A stretch of 64,000 nucleotides of DNA from Octopus sinensis (GCF_006345805.1 NC_043004.1:36394001-36458000), one strand, 5' to 3'. Positions 1 through 13,780 are shown, numbered from the stretch's first letter. Notes: generated from the letters alone by a model not told the origin. Program-made: numbers and translations.

Positions 1-389
1 TCTCTTTACTCTTTTACTTGTTTCAGTCATTTGACTACGGCCATGCTGGAGCACCGCCTTTAATCGAGCAACTCGACCCCGGGACTTATTCTTTGTAAGC
101 CCAGTACTTATTCTATCGGTCTCTTTTTGCCGAACCGCTAAGTGACGGGGACATAAACACACCAGCATCGGTTGTCAAGCAATGCTAGGGGGACAAACAC
201 AAACATACACGCACACACATATATATACATATATACGACGGGCTTCTTTCCTTCAGCCAAATCCACTCACAAGGCTTTGGTCTTCCCGAGGCTATAGCAG
301 AAGACACTTGCCCAAGGTGCCACGCAGTGGGACTGAACCCGGAACCATGTGGTTGGTAAACAAGCTACTTACCACATAGCCACTACTGC
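1..389 (-). mobile_element. tRNA-derived SINE family A (CORE-like centre), near full length
   Basis: Minus strand reads GTGGCTATGTGGTAAG (A box)...GGTTCAGTCCC (B box)...CACCTTGGGCAAGTGTCTT (CORE-like)...internal (TG/TA)n...tail AAGTAAAAGAGTAAAGAGA. Three further copies in the window. Confidence 0.85.
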
Positions 390-1806
390 TGTTTATTTTT
401 ATACTGACAATTGTTAATATTTTACGAAAGATTTCGTGGTGTGATGTTTTGGGTTCACCCTATCCTCGTTGATTTTGTAAATTCGGGTTATGGCCACCAG
501 ATGGTAACGATAGATAGTTAGACATGCATACATATACATGCATGCTCACTTCGGCTCACACAATTATATAATATATACGCATGTTTATACACACACCACT
601 ACAGTGTCTTTAACTGCTGCCATAACGTATGCGATTAATATAAAGTTTTTGTATAACTCTTTACTTCCCCACTTCCTTTCACCATTCTTCCCTTTATTAC
701 TTTTGCTGTACACCTCTTACTTCCATCCTTTCTCTAGTTTCTCTCTTATCTCTTCCCTCTTTGCACCTTTTCCAAAGTTATTTTCTTTGGCCAAGTTTAG
801 ATATTCGAATTACGATCCGCTCCCAAAGTATAAGAATTTTGCGTACGGATCGCAGTTTCCTTGAAGTCGGGTTTTTATTTGATATTTATATAACATTCTA
901 CGTTATTTACTTGGTGCAAAAAATTATTTTGTGTTTTATTTACTTTGCTAGGTAGTCGTTGTAGGATCGACTAGTCACGACTAGCTTGCGCGAGTACGTG
1001 AGTGCGCGCACCAGGACCACTCTTAAGTAGTACCTCGGTTTTCGTCTCTCCTTCGAATTTTATCCGGCAAACTGTTTTTAGCCTGATTTTCTTAATTCCT
1101 GTTCAGATATTTTGAAGGGATTGGAAAAGAAATATCAATAACGTGGCCTTCACTTTTAGAGATAAAATTGTCTGGTATGAAAATAGTTAAAATCTAGAAA
1201 ATTTACAGAATGTTTTCTGCGTTGTTGTTTGATGATGGAGATAAACATCACAACATAAAGACTAAAAGAGACAACTAGGAAAACTGCCACAAGGAAAACT
1301 TTGAAGCGGTCGAAATAAGATAAAACAAAGACTTTAACAGGCTGAGCAGTTTGATTTAAAAATCGAATCGCAACAGAACTGATAAAAAAATATTCAGAGA
1401 ATTGTTTGCCAAATTTTTGAGAGCAACATAACAATCACATTCCGAGATCAAAGACATCCATAGAAATAAAGAAAAGGCTCTTTGAAATGTATGACAGAGG
1501 AAAAGTTTAAAAAATATTATCATTGTAAAGCTATTCTGGAATGTGATTCGAATATGCTTCACTAAGCCTAGAAGACTTATCATATTCCCAATTCACTTGT
1601 AATAGATAAAGAATTATTCCTGTTAGTCAGGTTTTCAACTATGAAATAGTAGCATTATTTATTTAGAAATGCTTTCGCTTGTTGTTGAGGAGAGTTTACA
1701 ATAACTTTTTTCTGTATAGACAGAATCAACAATAGAAAGGAACCAATATACACAGCATGAACATTATCCACAAGCTGCATTAAGAAGCACCGAACAAGCA
1801 CCGTGT

Positions 1807-2757
1807 CCTTGGCAGATCCAAAGACACCGTCCTGGACTACTACAACAACTTTCGCCTGAACATTTTGTTGGGTTATAAAATGCCAGGCTGTAGAGAAACA
1901 TATACCATTTCAGCTGATCTTTTTCATGCTTATGACCAAGCCGATGAAGTCTACAGACAGTTGCTCACCAAGTCAAGGTTCCCAGCTGGTCTTGAGTGGA
2001 TGCCATCAATTACAACATCAGTCTTGGAGCAGGCGGATCTTAAAGCGACTAGAGGAGTTGGATCAGCTTCAAGACGGTGAAAGTCAATTTCTGGAGCTGA
2101 AGAAAGGAAAGATCATCAACCAGATACCATCTATAACTAAGAAACAATTGAAAGGACGAGAAAGATGCTTGATTCGTCATGAGAGAAACCTCCTCCATCT
2201 CGGCTCCCAACCACGAGTTTGCAGCTTGATTTGCTGCGGATAAGTGAAACCTGTCTCAAGCTAATTCAAGGCTTGGGAACATAGTTTCTTTATCTCTCTT
2301 GTTCTCTGAAGTCTCTATAACCACAATGAAGAACTTTCAGAGAAAGACAGCAGTTTCCTACGAAAGTACCTTAAAACCTGAATAACAAAGTCTCGAACGG
2401 GCTAAACACAAACTGAGGCCCCATTAGAAATCAGAAAGTAACATTCATGATGTCTAGTAAAAGAGAAATGCTGAAATATCGAAAGATTTGTAAATCAAGA
2501 GTCTCCCATGAAGGTATCGAGGTCAGGACAAAAATAAATTGGATGGAAGCTGAGACCATGGATGTTATGGAGTTGTTGTAGGTGAGATACGCGGTGCAGG
2601 TTAACGGAGCGCTCTGCGAAGGACCAGTTTAGTTAGCAACAAAATAACCTTGCTATGACAAGGCTCAATGCAAGATGAAGAATTTCCTGACCAAAACAGC
2701 CATCGGTGAAGAACAAGCAGGAGAGTTGGAATGCAGTCTCACTCTTTACGAACATAC

Positions 2758-2800
<43 letters not shown>

Positions 2801-2803
2801 TAA
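1807..2803 (+). mobile_element. Scrambled, decayed RTE-type LINE insertion ending in (CA)n, bounded by a 28-bp direct repeat
   Basis: Exact direct repeat attaagaagcaccgaacaagcaccgtgt at 1779-1806 and 2804-2831. TSVLEQADL and VGMQSHSLRTY resemble RTE ORF C-terminal motifs; (CA)n at 2760-2798. Clade assignment is by eye. Confidence 0.5.
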
Positions 2804-2831
2804 ATTAAGAAGCACCGAACAAGCACCGTGT

Positions 2832-3300
2832 ATCTATAAAACAGCCTTCCTAGAACAAAATCATCTAAATTGTAACCAGCATGGCTTTCATTGCGGGAGG
2901 GACAGACTAGTACGGCTCCTCCACCACTTTGATGATATCTTAAATGCTCTGAGTGAGAGCTCCAACGCGGATGTCATATACTTTGATTTCAACAAGACCT
3001 TTGACACAGTCGACCACAATATACGGTCAAGGAAACTATCCAAAGCTGGAGTCGGTGGAAAGCTACTTCAATGGATTAGGTATTTCCTAACAAACAGGAC
3101 CCAGCATGTTGTAATTGATGGCATCCAATCAAGACCAGCAAAAGTCATCTGTGGAGTCCCGCAGGGTACTGTGCTGGGTCCAGTTTTTTTTATTGTCTGT
3201 ATTAATTGCATTGCAGATTCCATTGAACATAGCGCCATTAAACTATTTGCAGACGACTCTAAGATCCAGAAAGTCATTAAGAGAGCATAAGATTGAACAA
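2832..3300 (+). mobile_element. CR1-group LINE reverse transcriptase core fragment (pseudogenic)
   Basis: ORF 2706..3290 gives QHGF...DVIYFDFNKTFDTVDH...GVPQGTVLGPVFF...LFADDSK, i.e. RT motifs 2-5 in CR1/L2/Jockey-type wording. Confidence 0.88.
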
Positions 3301-3344
3301 TGCTAGTAGGCACAAAAAAAAAACAAAAAACATAGAAAAACCGT

Positions 3345-4175
3345 TATAAGTTTCAATGTTGACAAACTAAAATATTTCAATGTTTTGGACTGGCCGAAAT
3401 GTTTCTCCACGCCAGACATTGGCACGAAACTAGAATGTTTCATGTCTTTTGTGCACGCCATATGCCAGAAATATGTCCCAGAGCACAATGCCAAAACAAA
3501 TAGGAACAAGATTCCAAGGGAGAGGAAGATCCTCATGAGACGACGGACGAAGGTTGCAAATTGACTCAACCAACATCCAAAAAGTAGCGAAAGGTCCCGC
3601 CTAAAAACAATACTGATGGAGATTAAAAAAAAGGTTGCAACAATCCTATGTGAGGGAGAAGGCAGACAAAGAAGCCTAGGTTATAAACAAACATTAAGTC
3701 AAACCCAAAGGCCTTCTTTCATTACGCGAAAGAAACATCCTCAGTACGCTTCAAGATAGGACCCCTCTGCCAAAAGGATAGCTCCCTCACAGACAGTCCA
3801 ACCACGATCAGTGAGGTACTGAATGACCAGTTCAAAAGTGTCTTTCCCACCGCGTTGGAACACAGATATGTGAACGAACCAGTGGATCTTTTGCCGCCTC
3901 ACCTGCCGCGAGGCAGTTACGATGGAATACATCGACATTAGCGAAGAAGATATACTATTAGCCATAGATGAAGTGGACACAAACTCAACTGCTGGTCCTG
4001 AAGGTTTCCCAGCAATCCTCCTCAAATCGTGTAAGCGTGCCCTGGCAAAACCTCTCCAGATTCTCTTCCAGAGCTTTCTTGCAAATGGCAGACTGCCAAG
4101 CAAGCTTAAGAAGGGAATAATATGCCCAATACATAAAGGGGGAAGCAAAGCAGATGCCAAAAACTAAAGGCCTGT
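3345..4175 (+). mobile_element. CR1-group LINE ORF2 fragment: endonuclease-RT linker and RT N-terminus
   Basis: IKSNPKAFFHYA...KIGPL...LNDQFKSVF and AGPEGFPAILLKSCKRALAKPL...ICPIHKGGSKADAKN*RP; broken by stops and frameshifts. Confidence 0.82.
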
Positions 4176-4196
4176 ATGTGCATACATGTACGCGTG

Positions 4197-4233
<37 letters not shown>

Positions 4234-5416
4234 ATTTCTCTCTCTCTCTCCATATATATATATATATATATATATATTTCTATATATATATATTATTTTC
4301 TATATATATAATGCATATGTTCTGTTTCTTTATATGCGTGTGTGTAAATATATACACCTGTATGTGTGCATGTGTGTGTATGTATATATGTAATTACAAA
4401 CCCCTACACATACACCATTCGTAACTTTTCACGGGACCGAATAGACAGTGATGGAAGCTCTATTTCTCCTTTGTCAGTTCGATCATTTGAGATTCTTCAA
4501 CGGAGATAACACAGTTATGTACACAAATTTTTCTCTTGTGAAATGTACCTTGATAAACAATATTATTTATGTACGAACCGTTAAGCACGTTTTTCATTTC
4601 ATTAACGTGTTGCTTATGGTAACAGAATTTGAGAACGATTTCAATTTATCCTGGGTCGGGTTTAGCATGATCGTTAATGTGTATTAGCAACCATATTGAA
4701 GTTTAAAAAAATCTACATATATCATAAGGAATATAACCAATTTACTCCCGCTTAAAACAAGTGAAAGAAAACAAGTAGCTGAACGGATTATTTTAGTAAT
4801 TTATAAACAAAACCATGCTTTTCATTTGAATGCAACATTCTGTAGGGATTCAAACAAAAACCAGTCTTGCTCTGCCGTTAACATCAAAGTATAAAAACTA
4901 AAAAATAAAGAGTTCAATATTCAATAGTTGGCATTAATCCAGCTCTTCAGCCGCCGACATTCAAATCCATTTGGAAAATTGATAAGCAAAACAAGTTTTC
5001 TGCTTCAAACCGATAATCTAGAAATCTACTCATTCGCAGTTCACAAAAGATTTATGATATTTTTTTTTTCTGCATGTACTTTCTATTCAAAAGGCTTATT
5101 GAGTTATTTGCTTGTATAGTTGATCATTAATATGTTCCTTTGGGTTTAAGTGTGGGTATGAATAAAACTAAAGCAATTTTCTTTATTGCTAATGTAAAAG
5201 TAATAAAAAAATCTCTCAACCCTTGATATAAAAAATGATAAATTCTCTCCATTTATCTCTTAATGTTTGGCTTTTGAAATGCGAAACCACCATTCTTTTC
5301 TCCCAGGACGAGTTTGATCTTGTTATTTTTGATATGAAATAACATTCATATAACTGCAATAAATAATCTATGCCTTCAGTTTATGGTACAGAAACTTTAT
5401 TTCTATACATACATGC

Positions 5417-5417
<1 letters not shown>

Positions 5418-5455
<38 letters not shown>

Positions 5456-5777
5456 TCGCATGTGTGTAAAGCACAAACATACACACACACACATATATAC
5501 ACACATGTATATACATATATATATATTTATATATACACACATATATATATATACATATATATATTTATATATACACACATATATATATATACATATATAT
5601 ATATTTATATATACACACATATATATACATATATATATATTTATATATACACACATATATATACATACATATATATATATTTATATATACACATATATAT
5701 ACATATATATATTTATATATACACACATATATATACATATATATATATATATATATCTATATATACATACATATATA

Positions 5778-5832
<55 letters not shown>
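5418..5832. repeat. Compound (TA)n/(CA)n microsatellite-minisatellite
   Basis: Repeated atatatttatatatacacacacatatatatacat-type units. Confidence 0.95.
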
Positions 5833-5834
<2 letters not shown>

Positions 5835-6470
5835 TTGCGAGACATAAATTTGTAAAAATACTATTTTCACACCTTCTTATATTTGATAATATTTCAATAA
5901 GTCTACCGAAAGATATCAAATAAACACTTCAATGTAATTATTTTGTTTTGAGATGTTCCCAAAGAAATTCACTGGCATGTGGAAACTCAGCTTCCCACCA
6001 GATAGGATTCTATATCCATTCCAAGCAATCAATAGTATTTTCAATCTACGAACAGCATGTTTGCTTGTTCTTTGTTTTTTGTTTTTGTTTTCTTAGTTTC
6101 ATTTAGTTTTCGATTTCCATGTAGTTAGTTTCTGTAAACGAATTGTGAAAACCACTTTTAAATTTCCATTCTGCGACAAAGTACTTTGCCATTTATCTTT
6201 AACTCAAGAATCACTAAAACAAATTTTGTTATTTTATTGGACGTTGTCAGTGTGTTTATTTGGACATGAAGTGGGGGAGGGAAGGATTTTATTAATGATT
6301 AAGGGGTACAGAAATGTATTCAAGGTAGAATTCCATCGCACATAGGCATAATTATAATAGAATTGACAGAAAGTGTTTACGGTCACAATTGGCAAACCAA
6401 GCAGGAAATTGTGAATTAAAAAAAGAAATCACATTCACTAATACCATGCACCACTTGGTTTGTAATACGG

Positions 6471-6471
<1 letters not shown>

Positions 6472-6525
<54 letters not shown>

Positions 6526-6907
6526 TGTGTGTATAGACGCACACATGTATACACATATACATATATATATATGTATGTATATTTTCATGTACTTAGACAA
6601 TCATACACATATACTTATATATATATATATGTGTATGATTTTCTAAGTACATGAAAATATACATACATATATATATGTATATGTGTATACATTTGTGCGT
6701 CTATATACACACGCATATATATATATATATACATACATACGCACACACACACAAAAATACATATTATATATACATACACATAAATACATGTATATATATT
6801 TCTGTATTTTTACTATGTGCACACATATGTGTATGCCTATATCTGTGAACAAATGTATAGACAGATCCAAATATATTGAAAATCTTGTATGTGTGTATGT
6901 ATGTATG

Positions 6908-6950
<43 letters not shown>
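6472..6950. repeat. Compound (TA)n/(TG)n/(GA)n microsatellite cluster
   Basis: Directly visible. Confidence 0.9.
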
Positions 6951-6951
<1 letters not shown>

Positions 6952-7742
6952 TACATTCATTTCGATGAAAAGAATTCAATCTTCATAACAGACAGAAAAG
7001 TAACGCGAATTCCTGGCCAAAATTTGATACATTCATATTCCGTCTTATGCGACAACCCCTTGTGTCAGCCCCTTTCGCTTTTTTCAAATTATACATAATA
7101 AATTATAATCGATAAACACTTTCGATGTGACCACCTTGGGATTCATATGAAATACTATGCAGCAGCACTTATTGAGAATATATTTTGAACTCTGCCATGT
7201 TTATGTTGGCGAAACCACCGTCTGCTTCATTGAAACACTGGAAGGGAAAGACAAAAGCCTACTTCGGCAATCTATCGACGTGTAATTGTCATACCAAAAT
7301 TATGCAACGTACATATGAGAAAGACTGGCCATACTCGATGGGAAGGACGAGATTGATACCAACAAACCACCGCCAAACCCCTAGCACAAATCTCCACACC
7401 ACCATACAGATACATGTGCGTGCGTGTGTGCATGCGCCTGTCGGAATGTATCTGTGTACATGCGTTCAGATTTGCGATCCTTGGTTACTGTTCCAGTTGA
7501 GTGCTGCAGGGATGTGTTCGACAGTTCCCCAAATTCTGGGCTTTTGTCATCCCTAGCTGATGAGATAGAATTTTAAGAGTAGCTGGTGATTCCACCACCG
7601 CCATATTACTCCGCATTTTTATAACTACCACAGTTACTGACATCGGTGTGTATGTCTATGCATGTGTATTTATGTTTTAGTGTGTGTGCGTGTAGATGAG
7701 AATAGGTGATCGATTGAATACGCGTGTATTTACTCACTCCGT

Positions 7743-7810
<68 letters not shown>

Positions 7811-8125
7811 ATATATGTATATGAATGTGTGTGGGTGGTTGTGCGCGCGTATGTGGGTGTATTTAGGCACATGAGTGAGAGAATAAGTACTTAATTGCGC
7901 GAATAGATTTCTTATCCCCTTGAGAACAGAAAAATAAAACGAAGACGCATGGCTATGATTTGCAATCGGCCCAGACACACTAACAAATAAAACGATAAAT
8001 TAATACATGGTATTTCACACATGCACACACACCTGCGCACACGCAATTAAAAATGTACAAATAAAATAATAAGATTCAAGCAACCCGGTTTGGATACAGT
8101 ACAAGAGATCTGAAGAATGTATAGT

Positions 8126-8175
<50 letters not shown>

Positions 8176-8220
8176 ATATGTCTCGGTCAGTATAGGCCCA
8201 GGCTAGGTTTCAATTCGGAG

Positions 8221-8333
8221 TTCGGGGTCGACAAATTAAGTACCAGTTGCGTACTGGGGTCGATCTAATCGACAAGCTCCGATCCCCCAAAATTTCGGGC
8301 TTTGTGCCTAGAGTAGAAAATATTATTATTATT
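8221..8333 (+). mobile_element. SINE family C 3' fragment with (ATT)n tail
   Basis: ttcggggtcgacaaattaagtaccagttgcgtactggggtcgat...ttgtgcctagagtagaaaa-tattattattatt. Confidence 0.7.
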
Positions 8334-8335
8334 AT

Positions 8336-9122
8336 ACGTTTGACTTTTGCTTTGTATTTGTACAAGTTGACTCCAAATCACACCCAGAGACCTCAAGAGA
8401 CAACAAGTTAGAAGTCCCTGTTGGTGTTATGACTCGGGTGCATATATTTGGTTTTGTACAAAGTATGGTTCTAGAAAATGTTTAAGAAAACGTAAGACAA
8501 TTCTGAGTTTGTTTTAAATTTTGAGATTACATATACGGCATTTTACGTTGGATATGGCCAGTTCCCATGAGTACTATCTTTTTAAGTTTTGCCGGTTTTG
8601 GGTTACCTGGTACCTGAGCTAGGTAGCAATCAGCCCTTTTCCCTATCATTCCTAGGGCACTTGTGACAACAGGTATTGATTTAGTCTTGAGGTTCCACAT
8701 TGTGCCAATTTTTATTTCAGGATCTTTATGCTTGGTCAGGTTTTGGTAGATCTTGACAAATACATTTATGTCGACTGGGACAATCATATCAATGAGGAGG
8801 CATGATTTTTGTCCGAAATCCTTCAATATAATGCCTGGCCTATTCACATCTATCTTTCTATCGGTTTGAACGGTGAAGTTCCAGAGGAGTGAGATGTGGT
8901 CGTTTTCAAGCACAGGAGGTGGTATGTGTTCCTACCATTTTTATCATGGGGCAGTTCTAAGTTTTAGACATCGCCCAGTGAATATACTGTGCTACTCTAT
9001 CATGCCTGATGAGATACTCTGCAGATGCACATGGGAGACATGAACGATGGTTTCATTTTCTTGTTTACATACACATGTTGGGCTACCGCCGTTCTTTAAT
9101 ATGTTGGCCTGGTAGCTCCTTG
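8336..9122 (-). mobile_element. R4/Dong-type non-LTR retrotransposon 3' fragment (CCHC remnant + restriction-like endonuclease)
   Basis: ORF 8527..8913: LWNFTVQTDRKIDVNRPGII...LLID..VP...IPVVTSALG...KIVLMGTGHI; RHDRVAQYIHW upstream; (AAT)n tail at 8321-8335. Confidence 0.85.
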
Positions 9123-9165
9123 AAGGTAGGCATTATTATTACCATGATTATTTTATTATTTTATT

Positions 9166-10345
9166 GTCTTTGCACAGCTTCTAATGCTAGAGATGTACTA
9201 CGGTATCAGCTGTTCCCCACCAGTGAGCGAAGGTGACACCCCTTATTTTTCGAGCAACATCCGGGAGTATTCGGGCGGTTCCATGCAGTGCTGTTTTCTA
9301 CAAATGCAGCCCCTATTTGTTCCATGTACTTAAGATTTTTACTCCCTGTTCCCAGGGCTCCGACAATTATTGGTACTATTACCACCTTTTTCAGCGACCA
9401 CATCTACCTAACCTCCCAAGCTAACCTGTTATATCCATCGACTTTTCTCCCTTCCTTATCACATACCTTGTTGTCAGCTGGGCATGCTATGTCTATGATC
9501 CAGCCTCGTTTGCTTTCTTTCTCAATTAACACTGTCAGGTTTCCTATTCTCTATCTTGTGGTCGTACTAAATCATGAAATCTCATAGGATTTTGTGGGTT
9601 TGTGTTCGTAATTTTTTTTTGCTCTGTCAAGTCCATACTTATTTCAAAGTTTCCAATGGACAATTCTTGCTATATTGTCATGACCAGCGTACATTGGCTG
9701 GTAATATACCAAACGGTTTCACCATTTTGTCCACAGATTCTGCACTTATCACTTTCTGCTCTGTTGGCTAATCTGTATTTTATGTAGTTTGTTCTTAGTG
9801 CTTGCTCTTTGGCAGCAAAGATTACAGCCTCCGTTTCTGGTTTTAAATCACTTTTAGTCATCCACAGCCATATTTTTCTCTATCTGTTTTATCTTCAACA
9901 TCCCTATGAAATTGACCATGCATTCTTTTCTATACCCACCTATTTTCAGTTTCATTCGTTTTCAATTTCTGACCTTCTTACTTTTAATAATAGCAGTTCT
10001 GTGGCATTTTTACACACTATGCTATACTGTTTTCTTCTGCTCTAATGCTGTGTTCGCATCCAATAAAATCTCTTCCCCGTCTTTTTCTTGGTACATACAA
10101 TCTGTCTGTGTCACCTTTTGGGTGGAGTGTCCCATATCTAGTTAGCAACTTCCTTGACGTTCTGTCCAAGCCGTTCGTCTGCTGTCCATTCGATTACCCC
10201 TGCTCCATATCTAAGGAGTGAAAGCAGGTGTTGATAGCTTCAATCTTATTCCGTCCATTTAAGGATCAGTCTCAGTCTGCGCAAGTACTCCACCTTAAAT
10301 GTTCCTGTCATTTCTTTCTCCGTCAATTTACCCATTTCCAAAATC
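9166..10345 (-). mobile_element. Second R4/Dong-type LINE fragment, directly upstream of the first in the same orientation
   Basis: YLRRLRLILK...LLRYGAGVI (post-RT), MTKSDLKPETEA..AAKEQALRTNY..KCRICGQNGETVWYITSQC (zinc knuckle), IVPIIVGALG (RLE end). Confidence 0.85.
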
Positions 10346-11194
10346 CCGAAGTATTATTATGATATATATATAAGTTAATTTTCCAAAATATTTTCGTCGC
10401 TTTCAGATTGTGACCTGTTCTCTGACAAAATTCCGTGCTGCATCTCAGAAAGTGACAGTTAGTTCATTGTATGTGTGTGTGTGTCTGCGGCGCGCGTATG
10501 CATATGTGTGCATGCCTATACGCATGTAAGTATGTAAGTGTGTACGTATGTACTTATGTACGTGAGTATTTAGGAATGTAGACGCGTGTGTGTAGATGTG
10601 AACGTATGTTTATGTACTGATATGTGTCTGTTCAAGTTGTATACACGACTGTTATACACACACATATACATATATATAGACACACATATGTGTGGGTGTG
10701 TGCGTTTGTCCCTCTCACCACCGTTTAACGGTGAATGGATACAACGTCTTAGATACACATATACACATATAACCTTACTTATACATACATACAAGTACAT
10801 ACAATCATATAGACACTTACACACACTCACAAATATACGTATCATCTAAAATGTATACCAACATATACGCTTATCCATCTATACATACATATGGCACTAT
10901 TTTCAGGATAGCGGTTAAAGTGTATATTTACATTTTTAAAATTATTTTTTAATCTTTTATTTTACACAAATACATATATATACACACATTCTCATACGTG
11001 CATGCATGTACATACTCATACACTAACATACTCACACAACACATGCACACACGTACACACACATACATCTATATATGTATCAAACTATGTACGCTCATAC
11101 CGTTATATATAACTACATATATGTATTTCAGTATCATGCATCTCAACATGTATGGATTTCCACATGCAAATGAGAGAAAGGAGTAGTTATAGAG

Positions 11195-11490
11195 GGGTAC
11201 CCCCGAGTGGAATCTGGGTGTTACCCTATTCGAATTTTCGGTTGAGAGTGGGTTTGTATTCTTGTATGCAGACAGCTTCAGGTGACTTGTCTCAGCATTG
11301 CATTCGTGCGATGTGTACATAAGATGTTTAACTTAAGTCTCCATAAGGAGCCCCTGTGGAAGTCTACAGCGTGCTGATAGAAGATACAGTTTGATTTATT
11401 TTTCAATGTAGTTGTCCAGATGTTCTTTGAACCTATCATTGATGCTCTTAGAAGTTTCACCAATATATTCCATTCTTGCCAATTTTTTTA
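11195..11490 (-). mobile_element. Penelope-like element GIY-YIG endonuclease fragment (pseudogenic)
   Basis: Minus-strand translation across frameshifts: EYIGETSKSINDRFKEH...FYQHAVDFH...NAMLRQV / EAVCIQEYKPTLNRKFE. Confidence 0.72.
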
Positions 11491-12549
11491 CTTTTACCAA
11501 TATTTTCTTTTTTTGAATCCATTCAATGAAGGGATATACTTGCATTCGGTAAGCCCCAACACCAAAAAAGATGCACTGTTACTCATATATGGTGGTTTAG
11601 CAGTAAAGCATAATTGTTGAGAGGAAAATGGTTTGGCAGTCTATGCGATGCAGTGCCGATAATAGGGTACGAACTACAAATGCTTTGATGACTAATTTAA
11701 TTAGTTACTCGGAGCGCTTACTATTCAGCGCGTCTCAATGTTCTACATTTATGGAAAGTCTGATATTCTATAAAATACATGGTCCCAGAAATTAGAGCTT
11801 TTCTTGTGTTACATAAAACATCGATTCTTCGATGTTTTGCAAATCGGTGGAACAAGTTAAAAGAAAAGGCATCGTTACATCTTCATTACAAATCAGTAAT
11901 TTGGTAATCCATATTCCACTTGAATATATTCACTTTGGATGGTCCTTTAAATTCATATTCACCATTCTTTTAATTTCTTGTTGTAGGGACGTAGAGCAGA
12001 GATGAAAGCCGATATAGATTTAAATTCATTAAATTTCCAATAACCGGATATGAATTACTTGACGATCGTTTTGATTGAACAGCTATAATTCAAATACTGA
12101 GCAGAGCAGCACTTCAAAAGGGAACATTCTTAGAGATTAATAGGAGAAGTAGAACTGTTAATGTATCTGGTACATCATGTCATCACAGCTTATGATTATA
12201 CCTCAAGATACTTTAAGGAAACATATTGTTATTTGCAGAACAACAGGAATTTCGGTATCGATAGTGCCATTAGAATGTTGGTTTCTTATATTGGCATAAG
12301 GAAGCCAGAACTTTCTAGTGGAGAAGCAAAATCCATTAAATCCACTCCAGCATATAATCAGTATTATAATGTCGGTTAATTATACGGTGGGTGGAAGACA
12401 AGTTCGATATTTGTCGAATTTTAACTCAAAACGTAAGAGTCAAAATTGACTGAGACGCAATTACATTTGCTGTGTGTAGCTTCTACAGCAGCGCTTTTAA
12501 TTAAAAGAACAGACGATAGAATTAGAACATGTAATGTATTTTCTAACTT

Positions 12550-13500
<951 letters not shown>

Positions 13501-13504
13501 GTGT

Positions 13505-13773
13505 GGAGGCGCAATGGCCCAGTGGTTAGGGCAGCGAACTTGCGGTTGTAGGATCGCGGTTTCGATTCCCAGGCCGGGCGTTGTAAGTATTTATTGAGCG
13601 AAAACACCTAAAGCAGGGGTTGGTGGCGGTCCACAACTTTCTCTCACTTTTCTTCTGTTGGCCTGCTCGCTTAGCCAGTGGGGTGGCGTCACTTGCAGGC
13701 TAAAACACAATGCAAAGCGCATTGTGACCAGCGATGTGTAGCAACATTTGATAGCCTGGTAGGTCACCGTGAT
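13505..13773 (+). mobile_element. tRNA-derived SINE family B, tail variant 1
   Basis: Head GGCGCAATGGCCCAGTGGTTAGG (A box)...GGTTTCGATTCCC (B box); body ttattgagcgaaaacacctaaagc; tail ...gcgcattgtgaccagcgatgtgtagcaac...; embedded in TA/TG repeats. Confidence 0.8.
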
Positions 13774-13780
13774 ATATATT

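Noticed and set aside
813-852. 7-bp inverted repeat cgatccg/cggatcg
   Set aside because: Too short and not tied to any element end.
5307-5342. Strong acceptor followed by DEFDLVIFDMK*
   Set aside because: No upstream exon or homology; an isolated acceptor is insufficient.
13508-13580. tRNA gene call for SINE heads (also 38650-38724, 44610-44680, 24030-24102)
   Set aside because: A and B boxes are present but there is no complete cloverleaf, and each continues into a SINE body.
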